A stretch of 20,000 bases of DNA from Chiloscyllium plagiosum (lineage: Eukaryota), in the NCBI RefSeq assembly GCF_004010195.1, contig NC_057719.1:10675490-10695489 (forward strand), in the 5' to 3' direction. A program made the position numbers and the translations under genes. Position 1 is the stretch's first letter, and each line of letters opens with the position of its first letter. Below, in pieces: positions 18,702 through 20,000 of this stretch. The notes beneath the pieces are model-generated. The model was not told the origin of the DNA, made no database searches, and saw only the letters and a program-made list of their open reading frames with translations.

Positions 18702-19092
18702 AACCACTCCATGCCAGCAGATATCCTAAACTGAACTAGTACCAATTGCCTGCATTTGGCTGATATCCCTCTAAACCTTTCCAATTCACATACCTGTCCA
18801 AATGTCTTTTAAATGTTGTAATTGTACTCACCTCTACCAATTCCTCTGGAAGTTCATTCTAAACTGTCTGTGTGAAAACGTTGTCCCTAAGGTTCCTTTT
18901 AAATCTTTCCCCTCTCATCATAAACCTATATCTTCCAGTTTTGGACATCCCTACCCTGGGGAAAAGACTTGGCTATGCACCCCCTCCATGCCCCTCATGA
19001 TTATCTCAACCTCTATAAGGTCTCTCTTCAACCTCCAACATGCCAGGAAGAAAATACCTCTCCTTACAGCTCAAACCTTCCAATCCTGAACA
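18702..19092 (-). mobile_element. HER1/CR1-like LINE 3' fragment (ORF2 C-terminus plus part of the 3' UTR, extreme tail missing)
   Basis: Reverse complement is homologous to 4560-4900: RDLIEVEIIMRGME, LFPRVGMSKT, RFKRNLRDNVFTQ, NELPEELVEV, TFKRHLDRYV. Confidence 0.88.
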
Positions 19093-19265
19093 ATGAGAGA
19101 TTCTCCCCTCCTTAAAGAGAATCATGAATTTTTTTCATGTTCAACGGAACCGACAGCCAGGTTTCATCCTCATCCATAGAGTAAGGAAACTCGAGTCCAC
19201 TTTATCGAGTGCTATGTTGTCCTGCTTTCGTTTTGCCTTTTTTCCAGTGTTCTCCAAGAGATTAT

Positions 19266-19731
19266 TAAAAATCACACAATACCAGGTTATAGTCCAACAT
19301 GTTTATTCGGAAAAACTAACTTTTGCAGCGCCACTCTTTCATTAGGTAGCTGTGGAGCAGGATCATAAGTCACAGAGTTTATATCAAAAGATCTCAGTGT
19401 CATGCAACTCATGTGAAACCTTGAACAAACCTAGATTGCTGTTAAGTCTTTCATCTTTTAGAATGTGTTGCAGGTTTTGGTTCATTAATATGTAAATCCC
19501 AAAACTTCTTGCCAATCACATTCTCAAGATAACTTAAGGTTTTATAAAAAAAAAAGTGACATCCCAGCTGAGACAGTGCATTAAAGGTGTGTGGTTAGAG
19601 TCTGTCTGCATCCCAATCTTGAACCAGACTGGTTTTATTTCCAAAGTACGAATTTATAAAATATTACATGGATTGACTGCTTGCATTGACTGCCCACAGA
19701 TTGTGTGCTTTTTGAACAAACAGAATGTATC
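19266..19731 (-). mobile_element. Probable Penelope-like terminal repeat with a decayed hammerhead at 19315-19347
   Basis: Minus strand reads ac-CTAATGA-A-agag-tggcg-ctgc-AAAA-GTTA-gt, which has hammerhead spacing with decayed core boxes. The flank aaaaatcacacaataccaggttatagtccaaca is recalled as a shark repeat end. Confidence 0.5.
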
Positions 19732-20000
19732 ATAGAACATAGAACATAGAACATAGAAGAATACAGCGCAGTACAGGCCCTTCAGCCCTCGATGTTGCGC
19801 CGATCCAAGCCCACCTAACCTACACTAGCCCACTATCCTCCATATGCCTATCCAATGCCCGCTTAAATGCCCATAAAGAGGGAGAGTCCACCACTGCAAC
19901 TGGCAGGGCATTCCATGAACTCACGACCCGCTGAGTAAAGAACCTACCCCTAACATCTGTCCTAAACCTACCACCCCTTAATTTAAAGCTATGCCCACTC
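19732..20000 (-). mobile_element. Apparently young CR1-like LINE 3' end with (CTATGTT)n tail, continuing past the window
   Basis: (atagaac)3 tail at 19732-19757, tail hairpin ggcccttcagccc, several CpGs retained, ORF2 end RFFTQRVVSSWNALPVAVVDS...AFKRALDRHM on the minus strand. Confidence 0.9.

Noticed and set aside
19149..19180. Hammerhead-like text on the minus strand (ggatgaggatgaaacctggctgtc)
   Set aside because: It lacks CUGA and has no helix II pairing.
19218..19260. Polypyrimidine tract plus CAG acceptor-like signal
   Set aside because: It runs into a repeat within about 20 nt, and no supported exon or recognisable peptide follows.

Overview
Eukaryotic, repeat-dominated intronic or intergenic DNA, most likely from a cartilaginous fish (shark). 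That assignment is inferred from HE1/V-SINE-like SINEs and HER1/CR1-like LINEs recalled from memory. No intact protein-coding gene is supported. The window is a mosaic of decayed CR1-clade LINE pieces (RT, APE endonuclease, ORF1 SGNH esterase relic), Penelope-like element remnants (one GIY-YIG relic), tRNA-derived SINEs, a TA-flanked Tc1/mariner-type MITE and a probable Harbinger Myb/SANT relic. It also holds a ~4.55-kb tandem array of a 52-54-bp unit derived from an internal segment of the HE1-like SINE. The main items worth follow-up are: (1) five minimal hammerhead-ribozyme motifs in Penelope-like ends, one with an intact core in the loop of a long fold-back (6759-6926); (2) the SINE-born satellite, whose expansion history can be read from its variants; (3) a multi-level nested insertion stack at 8975-13995. 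I found no convincing evidence for a wholly new biological system. Family names are from recall and were not checked by any database search.
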